Below, one piece after another: positions 42,325 through 51,689 of a stretch of 61,529 nucleotides of DNA. How positions within the stretch are numbered: position 1 is the stretch's first letter; the number at the start of each line of letters is the position of its first letter. The position numbers and the translations under genes are program-made. Location: assembly GCA_964497135.1 (NCBI GenBank), contig CAZCDO010000002.1:1-61529 (forward strand), read 5' to 3'. Source of the DNA: an uncultured Verrucomicrobiota bacterium (lineage in GTDB: Bacteria > Verrucomicrobiota > Kiritimatiellia > CAIKKV01 > CAIJXV01). A model generated the notes under the pieces. That model saw only the letters and a program-made list of their open reading frames with translations. It was not told where the DNA came from and made no database searches.

Positions 42325-42469
42325 GGGTCAGTGACGGGGGATGAACAGGTAGGGCGGTTTCGTCCAGCCTTCGTAGCCAAGGGCTTCACTACGGCGAAGT
42401 AGGCCCGAAACCGCCGTGGACGGCTCGGCGAGCCGTCCCTACCAATGTTCGCCCCCCCGTCACTGACCC
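42325..42469. repeat. REP/MITE-like nested-palindrome element, copy 2 (with a 42-nt insertion)
   Basis: It has the same terminal inverted repeats and core as 28260-28365, in the same orientation. A 42-nt self-complementary insert sits exactly in the loop of the first palindrome. The C-tract is 7 nt here versus 10 nt in copy 1. Confidence 0.85.
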
Positions 42470-42493
42470 GTCACCTCCATTTCACAAATCCGG

Positions 42494-42522
42494 TTGACGG
42501 GATGAGTCTTGAACCTTATAGT
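42494..42522 (+). promoter_or_regulatory. Near-consensus sigma70 promoter positioned for a leaderless marR transcript
   Basis: TTGACG (42494-42499), a 17-nt spacer, then TATAGT (42517-42522). The ATG at 42528 begins 6 nt after the -10 element. The palindrome gttgc-aaatg-gcaac at 42521-42535 overlaps it. Confidence 0.45.
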
Positions 42523-42527
42523 TGCAA

Positions 42528-43010
42528 ATGGCAACAATTAATCGGCCGGACCCTATGTCACTTCAGCACAATACCGCTGGCATCCTGCTCAAGGTTGTTC
42601 CCCGGGTGATGCGCACGGTTCGTACCGACATGCGGAGTTTTCGGGACCACAGCCTTTCCGTCCCCCAGTTTCGCACACTCGGGTTCATCCATCGCAATTC
42701 CGGAACGTCCCTCTCTCAAGCCGCTGAACATATTGGCCTGACCTTGCCCGCCATGTCCAGGCTGGTCGAGGGTCTCGTGAACCGTCAACTGCTGGTCCGT
42801 CAGCGTCATCCGGATGACCGGCGGCGCATCACGCTGGACCTGACCGCTCGCGGCCATTCCATATGGGTTTCTGCGCGGGAATTCACCCAGGTTTCACTGT
42901 CTGGAAAGCTATCTGCATTGAGCCCGAAGGAACATGCCACGATATCCCATGCGATGACGATTCTGGGCCGGATATTCGCCCGGGATTCACTCCGAGGAAA
43001 TACAGAATGA
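42528..43010 (+). CDS. MarR-family transcriptional regulator
   Basis: I prefer the ATG at 42528 to the TTG at 42522. The winged HTH reads LSVPQFRTLGFIHRNSGTSLSQAAEHIGLTLPAMSRLVEGLVNRQLLVRQRHPDDRR. Confidence 0.9.
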   Translation: MATINRPDPMSLQHNTAGILLKVVPRVMRTVRTDMRSFRDHSLSVPQFRTLGFIHRNSGTSLSQAAEHIGLTLPAMSRLVEGLVNRQLLVRQRHPDDRRRITLDLTARGHSIWVSAREFTQVSLSGKLSALSPKEHATISHAMTILGRIFARDSLRGNTE

Positions 43011-44203
43011 AAAAAATCACTATTGGATTGGTTGTCATCGTCTTTGTCAGCCTGCTGGGGTACCGCCTATCGCAGAAAATCGGAGGGGCCGGAACAAAAC
43101 CCGTCCACTCGAAAAACGCCGCTCTGGCTGTGACCATTCAACCCGTACGCCGGGAAACCCTTCGGGACCGGCGCGCGTTCACCGGGACCATCTCCCCGAA
43201 ATCGCAATTTATCGTCGCCCCCAAGGTCGCTGGACGACTGGAAAAACTGCTGGTCAATATGGGGCAGGAAGTAACAAACGGCGATCTGCTCGTACGTTTG
43301 GACAGTTCGGAATATATCCAGCAGGTGGAACAAGCCCGGGCGGAACGGGACGTAGCCCGGGCCAACATCGCCGACACCCAGAGTTCGCTCGACATCGCCC
43401 GTCGCGAACTCGAACGGGCACAGGAATTGAGAAAACAAAAAGTGGCATCCGAATCCGAGATGGATCAAGCCGAGGCCCGTCACCGGGCCGCTCTCGCCAA
43501 GCATGCGGTGGCTCAGGCACAAGTCAAACAGATGGAAGCCGCATTAAAAGCGGATGAGGTGCGGTTATCCTACACGCAGATCGCCGCCAACTGGGAGGGC
43601 GACAGCAACGGCACCCGCGTCGTCGGGGAACGGTTCGTCGACGAAGGCGCCATGCTCCGGGCGAATGAACCGATTGTGACAATCCTCGATGTCAGTACCG
43701 TCATCGCGACCATTTATATCATCGAGCGGGATTATCCGAACATTCAGATCGGACAACAGGCCGTTATCACCACGGATGCCTTCCCCGGCCAGATGTTTCA
43801 CGGGGCCATCGTCCGCAAGGCGCCGCTCCTGAAAGAGTCCTCCCGCCAGGCCCGGGTCGAAATCGAAGTCGACAACGCGGACCGCCGGCTCGCTCCGGGA
43901 ATGTTTGTGCGGGCCGGAATCGAATTTGCCGTGCATGAGAACACAACCGTGGTCCCGGCGGCGGCCATCGTGCGGCGGAATGGGCAAAACGGCGTATTTC
44001 GGGCCGATACGGCGGGCATGAAGGCGCGATTCGTCCCCGTAACAACCGGAATCGTCAATAGCGAATGGGCCGAAATAGTGACCCCCACCCTGGAAGGACA
44101 AGTCATCACCCTGGGCCAGCACCTTCTGGAGGATGGCGCCGCGATTATTCTGCCCACAACGCCGGCAGAAAAGGCACCCACTCCGGAGCGAGGACCCCAC
44201 TGA
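43007..44203 (+). CDS. Efflux RND periplasmic adaptor (membrane fusion protein)
   Basis: Internal ATG at 43007 overlaps the marR stop (ATGA). It has an N-terminal anchor, a coiled-coil hairpin (QVEQARAERDVA...EAALKADEVRL) and a beta-barrel region. Confidence 0.9.
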   Translation: MKKITIGLVVIVFVSLLGYRLSQKIGGAGTKPVHSKNAALAVTIQPVRRETLRDRRAFTGTISPKSQFIVAPKVAGRLEKLLVNMGQEVTNGDLLVRLDSSEYIQQVEQARAERDVARANIADTQSSLDIARRELERAQELRKQKVASESEMDQAEARHRAALAKHAVAQAQVKQMEAALKADEVRLSYTQIAANWEGDSNGTRVVGERFVDEGAMLRANEPIVTILDVSTVIATIYIIERDYPNIQIGQQAVITTDAFPGQMFHGAIVRKAPLLKESSRQARVEIEVDNADRRLAPGMFVRAGIEFAVHENTTVVPAAAIVRRNGQNGVFRADTAGMKARFVPVTTGIVNSEWAEIVTPTLEGQVITLGQHLLEDGAAIILPTTPAEKAPTPERGPH

Positions 44204-47200
44204 TGAATCTGGCTCGCGCTTCCGTCCATCGACCGATTTTTACCGTCATGGTGACGCTCATCGTCATCATCCTGGGCGCCGTGTCGCTCTACCGCATCCC
44301 GGTCGATCTGATGCCGGATGTCACCTTCCCCACCCTGACCGTTTCCACGCTGTACGAAAATGCCAGCCCGTCCGAGATTGAAGAACTGATCACTCGCCCC
44401 GTGGAGGAAGCGATGAGCGCGGTTCCCGGCGTGGAGGAAGTCTCATCGGTTTCTTCCGAGGGAAACAGTAACGTCCGGGTTACGTTCGTCTGGGGCACGG
44501 ACCTTGACGCTGCCGCCAATGATGTCCGGGACCGGCTGGACCGTGTCATCCCCCGGCTTCCGGATGAAGCGGACCGCCCCACTCTGCGCAAGTTCGACCT
44601 CGCCAGTTTTCCAATCATGATGTTGGGTGCCTCAAGCCGACTGGACCCGCTCCAGATGCGAAAAATCATTGATGATCAGGTCAAGTACCGGATTGAACGG
44701 GTACCCGGCGTGGCGGCATTGGACGTTATGGGCGGACAAGAGCGCGAAATCCACGTCCTGCTCGACCCCGATAAGATCAAGGCGTTGGGAATCCCGCTTG
44801 ACGAACTGATCAACCGGATCAAGTCCGCCAATATCACACTCCCGGCTGGAAGTCTTGAAAGCGGGAACTACGAGATCGTCATCCGCACGCCCGGCCAGTA
44901 CACGAGCCTCGACCAACTCCGCGAAACCGCTGTAGCCGTCCGGGAAGGAGTTCCGGTCCTCCTGAAAGACGTGGCCGAGATCGAGGACTCTTGGGTCAAA
45001 ATCACCCGCATTGTGCGGGTCAATAGTTTGCCGGGTATCCGCCTCTCTGTAAACAAACAATCAGGAAAGAACACCGTCGAGGTGGCCGCCGCCGTCCGCG
45101 GTGAAATCGAACGCATCAATCTGGAGATTCCACAAATCCATCTCACCCCGATCATGGACACCTCCGACTACATTCAGCGATCTATCACCAATGTCGGCAG
45201 TTCCGCCCTGTACGGGGGACTTTTCGCAATTCTCATTCTCCTGCTATTTCTCCGAAATGTGCGGAGTACGGCGATTATCGCAACTGCCATCCCCATCTCC
45301 ATTATCGCGACTTTTATCGTGATCTATTTTGGCGGATTCACCCTGAATATCATGACCCTCGGAGGACTGGCACTGGGCGTGGGGATGCTGGTGGATAATT
45401 CGATCGTGGTGCTGGAAAATATCTATCGTCTGCGCGAATCGGACCGCACGCTGGACGGCGTGAATGGGGCGGTGCAGGGAACCGGAGAGGTCACGGCAGC
45501 GATTATCGCCAGCACACTCACGACCGTGGTCGTATTTCTTCCCTTGATTTTCGTTCGCGGCATCGCCGGCATTATGTTCAAGCAACTGGCCTATGTGATC
45601 AGCTTTGCGCTCCTCTGCTCCCTCGCCGTCTCCCTGACATTGGTGCCCATGCTGGCCTCCCGTTTCCTGACCCCCACCCGTCTGGAAGCAGGCGAGAACG
45701 AAACCTTCCTGCACAAACTCTTCCGGGTCACGGGCCGTTTTCTGGATGGGATCGAAAATCGTTATAAACGTATGCTTCACTTCGCACTTAATCATCGCCC
45801 GGGCGTGGTGATCGGGGCGGCATTGGTTCTCGCCGCAAGCCTGGCCCTGATCCCTTTCATCGGTACGGAACTGATGCCTGCCGGGGACGAGGGACAGGTA
45901 CGAGTGAATGTGGAAATGGAAGTGGGCACGAAGTTGGCTCTCCTGGGTGAGACCTTCCGCCCCATTGAAGCGATTGTGGCCTCCGAAGTTCCAGAAGCGA
46001 AAAACACCATTGCCAGCATGGGCGGGTCCGGCTGGCATTCAGCCGGCAGTCACCGGGGTGACATGTCAATCAATCTCAAGCCCTTAAGCGAACGGAAACG
46101 GTCGAGCGAACAGATTGCCGCCGACCTTCGCAAAAAACTGGCCGGGATTCCTGGCGCGACCGTCCGGACCCGCGCCGGACAGGGTTTGTTCATTCTCAGG
46201 ATGGCGAGCGGTAGCGCAGACCAACTCCAGGTCGAAGTTCGGGGATATGACCTGGAGACCGCAGACGCCCTGGCCCGACGTGTCAAGGCTCTGATCGAGA
46301 GCGTACCCGGCGTGACCGATGCGCGCATCAGTCGCGACTCGGGCCAACCCGAACGTCTGGTCGTCGTCGATCGGGCCAAGGCCGAAGCGATGAAAGTGAA
46401 CGTTGCCCAAGTGGCGGATATGCTTCAGACCGTCCTGGGCGGGACGCGCGCCAGCTATTTCCGGGAAAGCGGGGATGAGTATGCGATCCTGGTGAAACTC
46501 AAGGACGCCGAACAGCGATCCCTGTCGGACATCCTGGACCTGACCTTGACCAGCGCAGACGGCGAACCGGTGGTGCTGAAAAATATCGTGACGGTGAACC
46601 CGCGGATTGGACCGGTAACCATTGAACGGAAAGATCAGGAACGCCTCGTGCTCGTCGAAGCCAATATTTTGGGGCGGGATATGGGCTCAATTGTTGCCGA
46701 CGTGCAGGAGAAACTGCGGTCCGTGCCCATTCCGCGCGATTTTTCCGTCGGTGTCGCGGGCGACTATGAGGAACAACAAAAAGCATTCCGGGAACTGGCA
46801 CTCGGCCTTATTCTGGCCTTGATTTTGGTTTACATGGTCATGGCCTGTCAGTACGAATCGCTGAAAGATCCCCTCGTTGTCATGTTCTCGGTGCCGCTGG
46901 CCGTGATCGGGGTGGTGCTGATGCTTCTGATTACCCACACCACGTTTAATGTTCAATCTTATATTGGATGCATCATGCTGGGGGGAATTGTGGTCAATAA
47001 TGCCATCCTGCTCGTGGACCACACCAATCTTCTGCGCCGACGGGACGGCATGGCCCCGCGCGATGCCATCACCGAAGCTGGCCGGCGTCGGCTCAGGCCC
47101 ATTCTGATGACCGCGTTGACCACGCTCCTGGGGCTCCTGCCCCTGGCCCTCGGGCTGGGCGAAGGCGGCGAGGCTCAGGCACCCTTGGCGCGGGCTGTAA

Positions 47201-47304
47201 TCGGAGGACTGGCCAGTTCAACCCTACTGACCTTGATATTCGTCCCCGTCGTTTACTCGCTTTTCGAGGAAGGTTGGAGGCCCCATGCGAAACAAGATCA
47301 GTAA
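44203..47304 (+). CDS. RND efflux permease (AcrB/HAE family)
   Basis: Internal ATG at 44203 overlaps the upstream stop by 1 nt. It starts [25 protein letters not shown] and has the 12-TM, two-large-loop organisation typical of AcrB-like pumps. Confidence 0.95.
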   Translation: MNLARASVHRPIFTVMVTLIVIILGAVSLYRIPVDLMPDVTFPTLTVSTLYENASPSEIEELITRPVEEAMSAVPGVEEVSSVSSEGNSNVRVTFVWGTDLDAAANDVRDRLDRVIPRLPDEADRPTLRKFDLASFPIMMLGASSRLDPLQMRKIIDDQVKYRIERVPGVAALDVMGGQEREIHVLLDPDKIKALGIPLDELINRIKSANITLPAGSLESGNYEIVIRTPGQYTSLDQLRETAVAVREGVPVLLKDVAEIEDSWVKITRIVRVNSLPGIRLSVNKQSGKNTVEVAAAVRGEIERINLEIPQIHLTPIMDTSDYIQRSITNVGSSALYGGLFAILILLLFLRNVRSTAIIATAIPISIIATFIVIYFGGFTLNIMTLGGLALGVGMLVDNSIVVLENIYRLRESDRTLDGVNGAVQGTGEVTAAIIASTLTTVVVFLPLIFVRGIAGIMFKQLAYVISFALLCSLAVSLTLVPMLASRFLTPTRLEAGENETFLHKLFRVTGRFLDGIENRYKRMLHFALNHRPGVVIGAALVLAASLALIPFIGTELMPAGDEGQVRVNVEMEVGTKLALLGETFRPIEAIVASEVPEAKNTIASMGGSGWHSAGSHRGDMSINLKPLSERKRSSEQIAADLRKKLAGIPGATVRTRAGQGLFILRMASGSADQLQVEVRGYDLETADALARRVKALIESVPGVTDARISRDSGQPERLVVVDRAKAEAMKVNVAQVADMLQTVLGGTRASYFRESGDEYAILVKLKDAEQRSLSDILDLTLTSADGEPVVLKNIVTVNPRIGPVTIERKDQERLVLVEANILGRDMGSIVADVQEKLRSVPIPRDFSVGVAGDYEEQQKAFRELALGLILALILVYMVMACQYESLKDPLVVMFSVPLAVIGVVLMLLITHTTFNVQSYIGCIMLGGIVVNNAILLVDHTNLLRRRDGMAPRDAITEAGRRRLRPILMTALTTLLGLLPLALGLGEGGEAQAPLARAVIGGLASSTLLTLIFVPVVYSLFEEGWRPHAKQDQ

Positions 47305-48874
47305 GGCCTTTTACGGCCATCGAATACTCTGGAGAGGGTTCCTCGGGATGATCGGAATCGGCTGGATTTTCTACACCGCACAGGCCGTTGAGCCCCTGAA
47401 TTCATCGGCCCCCTCCCCTTTTTCCCCTGCGGCCCACATTCAGGAGTCCCCGTTATCCTGGGAAATCAGTCTGGGACAAGCCGTCCTCCTGGCCTTGACC
47501 AACAACCGATCGCTTCAGGTCCAGTGCCTGGAGCCGGAAGTCCAGCGCACCTTCGAAGCCGAACAGCGTGCATTGTTCGACCCCCTTCTCGCGGGCAATG
47601 TCACCTTCAAACGGGACTATTCAACCACGAACCGCATAACGGTTCGGGCCGATGACACCGTCAGCGGGTCGCTCCAGGCCAGTCAATTTTTTCCAACCGG
47701 CACCCGCCTGGACCTCCTTCTGAATTCTACGCGAGAGTCCCCTGACACACGATCCGCGGTTTACACGAGCGAGGCGGAGCTGGCCATCACCCAGGCGCTT
47801 TTGCAGGGCCGCTCGCGGGCTGTCAACCTCGTCGCTTTGCAACAAGCCCGGATCGACACCACGATTTCCGAGTATGAATTGCGCGGATTCGCCGAACAAC
47901 TCGTGGCGAAAGCCGAAATTGCCTACTGGGAATGCGCCCTCGCCCGCCGCCGGGTTACGATTGTCGAAAAGTCCATGGTCCTGGCGGAACAGCAACTGCA
48001 TGAGGTCGAACAGCGAATCAAGGTGGGGAACCTGCCGGAAACCGAATTAGCGGCCGCTCAAGCCGAAGTGGCTTTCCGCAAGGAGGCCATGATCAATGCG
48101 CGGAGCAACCGGGCCAAGGCGGACCTTCAGCTATTGCAGGTCATCGCCCCCGCCCGGTTGTCCGGGCCGCGGTCAAAACTGGTTCTCCTGACAGAACCGG
48201 CTGTGCCGGAGTTCGATTTGGGTTCGCTCGACGCGCATGTCGCAATGGCACTCCGGATGCGTCCCGATGTCAATCAGGCTTTTCTCCAGATTCAGCGGGG
48301 CGACCTGGAATTGGTTAAAACCCGGAATGGTCTGCTTCCCAAGCTGGATGTATTCATGACTCTGGGCGATACCGGTTATGCCCGGTCATTTGGCAATTCG
48401 GTCTCTGAAATTGACGGCCAGGATGTGACTGCCACCGCCGGCCTGAGCTTCGAGTTTCCAATCCGCAACCGGGCGGACAGGGCCTCCCATCGACGGGCAC
48501 AATTCACCCGGGAACAGACGGCCGAAGCCTTCCGTAATTTGGACGACCTGGTCCGCGTCGATGTCGAAACCGGCCTCATCGAAGTGGACCGGACCCGGGA
48601 GCAGGTGGCCGCCACAGCCACCACGCGCCGTTTGCAGGAGGAGAAACTTCGGTCTGAAACCGTGAAGTTTAATGTCGGCCGATCAACCGCTTTGCTGGTT
48701 GCCCAAGCTCAGCGGGACCTTTTGTCCAGCCAGGTGGCCGAGGGGGACACCGTGGTTCGACACCTGCAGGCCTTAGTGGATTTATTCCGGATCGAAGGCT
48801 CGCTCCTCGAACGACGAGGAGTGACGGCCCCCGGCCGCCTGCCGAACCGGCCGTTTGCCGAAGATCGCGAATAA
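47285..48874 (+). CDS. TolC-family outer-membrane efflux protein
   Basis: 529-aa ORF overlapping the RND gene end. It has two repeats of the OEP coiled-coil pattern (for example LSLGQAVLLALTNNRSLQ) and sits in the position expected for an efflux operon. Confidence 0.85.
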   Translation: MRNKISKAFYGHRILWRGFLGMIGIGWIFYTAQAVEPLNSSAPSPFSPAAHIQESPLSWEISLGQAVLLALTNNRSLQVQCLEPEVQRTFEAEQRALFDPLLAGNVTFKRDYSTTNRITVRADDTVSGSLQASQFFPTGTRLDLLLNSTRESPDTRSAVYTSEAELAITQALLQGRSRAVNLVALQQARIDTTISEYELRGFAEQLVAKAEIAYWECALARRRVTIVEKSMVLAEQQLHEVEQRIKVGNLPETELAAAQAEVAFRKEAMINARSNRAKADLQLLQVIAPARLSGPRSKLVLLTEPAVPEFDLGSLDAHVAMALRMRPDVNQAFLQIQRGDLELVKTRNGLLPKLDVFMTLGDTGYARSFGNSVSEIDGQDVTATAGLSFEFPIRNRADRASHRRAQFTREQTAEAFRNLDDLVRVDVETGLIEVDRTREQVAATATTRRLQEEKLRSETVKFNVGRSTALLVAQAQRDLLSSQVAEGDTVVRHLQALVDLFRIEGSLLERRGVTAPGRLPNRPFAEDRE

Positions 48875-48927
48875 CATCGACTTCCGGTCTTGTTTTCACC
48901 GTCACGATTCCCTACTATTCCCGCCGT

Positions 48928-50184
48928 ATGAACAGATACAATCTGGTTAGTTTTTCCGGACTTTTCATCTTCATGGCGATCGCCTGGGCGTTTTCGTCCG
49001 ACCGCCGGAAGGTCAACTGGCGCGTCGTGATCTGGGGTACTCTGATTCAGTTGTTGCTGGGGGCCATCATCTTCTGGGCGCCGGGCGTGGACCGGTTGTT
49101 CAGTTTTTTGAATGAGGCCTTCCTGAAACTGCTCACCGCCGCCCAGGCGGGTCAGAAGTTCGTTTTTGGCTCATTGGGGGAAGGGACCGGGGAAGCCCGA
49201 AAACTGGGGTTTATTCTGGCGTTCCAGGCCTTCCCCACCATCATTTTTTTCTCGGCGTTGATGGGGCTGCTCTATTACTGGCGCATCATGCCGCTATTGA
49301 TTCGCGGGTTCGCCGCGGTCTTTTCCCGCTTCATGCGCATCAGCGGTGCGGAAAGTCTATGTACGGCCAGCAATATCTTCATGGGCATCGAGTCGTTCAC
49401 CTCGATTCGCCCCTACCTGGCCCGCATGACACGCTCGGAATTCTGCACCATTCTGACAGCGGGCATGGCCACCGTGGCGTCCAGTACGATGGGCTTGTAT
49501 GTGCTTTTTCTCAAAGACGTGTTTCCCGGCATCGCCGGACACCTGATGATGGCATCCCTGTTGTCGGCCCCGGCCGCCCTGATCATGTCCAAATTGCTGG
49601 TGCCGGAAAACGATCGGCCAGACACCTTGGGTATCAACCTGAAAACACCCCCCCCCACCGATGCCGGCAGTCTCGATGCGATCATCAACGGCGCCCTGGC
49701 CGGCCTGCAAATGGTCCTGGCGGTAACCGCCTTGCTGATCGCATTTCTGGGACTTCTGGCCTTGGCGGATATACTGATCGGGGCCGGAGGCAGATGGGTG
49801 GGCGCGGAACTCTCGCTGGGTCAACTTCTCGGTTACCTGTTCTATCCACTGGCGTTGATGACCGGTGTTCCACCGGCGGATGCAACCTTTGCCGGCAACC
49901 TGCTGGGACTCCGCCTGGTGGCTACAGAAGTCCCGGCCTATCAACAATTGGCTGCAGCCATGGCGAACCACGCTTTTACAAATCCCCGCTCACCCCTGAT
50001 CATCGCCTATTGCCTCTGCGGCTTTGCGCATGTCGCTTCACTGGCAATTTTCACCGGAGGTGCCGTGGCCCTGGTTCCAGAACGGCGGATTGACATCGTT
50101 TCCGTGGGCTTCCGGGCGCTCGCGGCCGCCACGTTGGCCTGCCTGATGACCGGCGCCGTAGCCGGAGTTTTTTTTCACGGGTAA
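48928..50184 (+). CDS. NupC/CNT-family nucleoside transporter
   Basis: 418-aa polytopic ORF. GAIIFWAPG, FVFG, NIFMGIESFTSIRPYL and GFAHVASLAI are characteristic of concentrative nucleoside transporters. Confidence 0.9.
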   Translation: MNRYNLVSFSGLFIFMAIAWAFSSDRRKVNWRVVIWGTLIQLLLGAIIFWAPGVDRLFSFLNEAFLKLLTAAQAGQKFVFGSLGEGTGEARKLGFILAFQAFPTIIFFSALMGLLYYWRIMPLLIRGFAAVFSRFMRISGAESLCTASNIFMGIESFTSIRPYLARMTRSEFCTILTAGMATVASSTMGLYVLFLKDVFPGIAGHLMMASLLSAPAALIMSKLLVPENDRPDTLGINLKTPPPTDAGSLDAIINGALAGLQMVLAVTALLIAFLGLLALADILIGAGGRWVGAELSLGQLLGYLFYPLALMTGVPPADATFAGNLLGLRLVATEVPAYQQLAAAMANHAFTNPRSPLIIAYCLCGFAHVASLAIFTGGAVALVPERRIDIVSVGFRALAAATLACLMTGAVAGVFFHG

Positions 50185-50231
50185 TCCGGTAATGTCCGTG
50201 TGCCCGGCATACGGAAAAAGGGGAATCAGAC

Positions 50232-50618
50232 GTGGACCGACCACGCTTTTGGAAAACCAAGAAACTGGCGGAATTGACCGCACGGGACTGGGAACGCCTC
50301 TGCGATGGGTGCGCCTTGTGTTGCCTGCACAAAGAGCGGGACTCGAAGACCGGCAGAATCCGTTATCTCCCGCTGGCCTGCAAGCTGTTGAATGTAAAAA
50401 CCTGCCGCTGCACCGACTATGCGAACCGCCATGCCGTGGTCCCGAATTGCGCGAATCTGACCCCTGCCACTCTCCGGCACTATCGCCACTGGCTTCCCAC
50501 TTCCTGCGCCTATCGCCGGCTGTTTGAAGGAAAAGACCTGCCCGCCTGGCATCCGCTCATCACCGGCCGAAAAAAATCGACTCGCGAAGCCGGGATGACC
50601 GCGCACCATCGGGCCTAG
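50232..50618 (+). CDS. ycgN: YcgN/UPF0260-family cysteine-cluster protein
   Basis: GTG start. FWKTKKLAELTARDWERLCDGCALCCLHK...CKLLNVKTCRCTDY...TSCAYRRLFEGKDLPAWHPLITG parallels E. coli YcgN. Confidence 0.85.
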   Translation: MDRPRFWKTKKLAELTARDWERLCDGCALCCLHKERDSKTGRIRYLPLACKLLNVKTCRCTDYANRHAVVPNCANLTPATLRHYRHWLPTSCAYRRLFEGKDLPAWHPLITGRKKSTREAGMTAHHRA

Positions 50619-50713
50619 CAGCCTGGCGGACTATGGCTCTGCCAAAGATCCGCCAGGCTGCTAATAAGGAGGGTAATTATACGCGACAACATATGTATTG
50701 ATCATTTCAACCG

Positions 50714-50762
50714 GTAGGGCGCTTTCGCCGAAAGCGCCGCGGACGTCTCGGCGAGGCGTTCC
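50714..50762. repeat. Diverged partial copy of the REP-like core (copy 3)
   Basis: gtagggcgctttcgccgaaagcgccgcggacgtctcggcgaggcgttcc has the same two-hairpin layout as the core of copies 1 and 2. It lacks the terminal inverted repeats. Confidence 0.55.
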
Positions 50763-50805
50763 TCCCCTGAGAAGGTCGCACACTATTTGGGCGTTCTGTA
50801 TGGTT

Positions 50806-51669
50806 TTATCCGGCCATCCGCCCCTCAATCCGCTCGATCGTCTGCGGCGCACAACCCTCGAAATGATTATTCACGAACGCCCAGGTGTTTTTCTTGCGAA
50901 CCACCAGATCTTTCAACATTCCGGCCAGTTCATCCAATTCGGCGTCGTGGGGTTCGATGATTTTTGACCAGTCCTTCCCCACCCGCGCTTCCATGCCCGC
51001 CCGATCCGGACCGTGCAGCCGTACAACCGCATCCGACGCGAGACGGTCGGCCTGTTTTGCGTAGATCTCGAACGGCGGCGGCATGTAATAGCCCATCTGC
51101 CAGACGTGCGCCAGCCTGCGCTCCCGCAGGTAGTTGAAGTATGCGGCGTTCAGCCAGTTCGGGTTCCGAGTCTCGATGCACCAGGTATAGCCGACCGGCA
51201 ACCGGCTCACGAACGTGTCCAGCCGCTCCAGGAAGGTCGCCTGCGATGGTACCATCTGCTTGTTGAGGTATCCAAACTGGAGCATCATCGGCCCCAGATG
51301 GCCGCGCATGGGTTCCAGCCGCTCCAGAAATCGCCCCAATAGGTCGACCGAAAGGAAGTGCGGATTGGACTCCAGAGGGGCGGTCTTATCGGCGTTATGA
51401 AAATGAGTCAGCGTCAGCGCGTTCGGCAGCTTGACCCCGAACCTGAATCCCGCAGGCACTGAGGTGGCATACTCCTCAACGGTCCGGGCCGACGGCAGAA
51501 CCACTTTGTCCGGACCGAACAGGCTCCAGAACCACTGGTCCACCTCCACACAGTCATATTTCCGCGCGTATTCGGCCAGATAGTTGGCTCCAGCGGCATC
51601 CGAATAGACCAGCCCCCGCCATGCGTCAAATTTCCAGGAGCAGGCGCCGATATGGAACAACGAATTCAT
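50806..51669 (-). CDS. DUF72 (UPF0759, YecE-like) protein
   Basis: 287-aa ORF. The N-terminus MNSLFHIGACSWKFDAWRGLVYS...YLAEYARKYDCVEVDQWFW is typical of DUF72. Confidence 0.9.
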   Translation of the reverse strand: MNSLFHIGACSWKFDAWRGLVYSDAAGANYLAEYARKYDCVEVDQWFWSLFGPDKVVLPSARTVEEYATSVPAGFRFGVKLPNALTLTHFHNADKTAPLESNPHFLSVDLLGRFLERLEPMRGHLGPMMLQFGYLNKQMVPSQATFLERLDTFVSRLPVGYTWCIETRNPNWLNAAYFNYLRERRLAHVWQMGYYMPPPFEIYAKQADRLASDAVVRLHGPDRAGMEARVGKDWSKIIEPHDAELDELAGMLKDLVVRKKNTWAFVNNHFEGCAPQTIERIEGRMAG

Positions 51670-51689
51670 GGGTTCCTTACCCTGCGACG

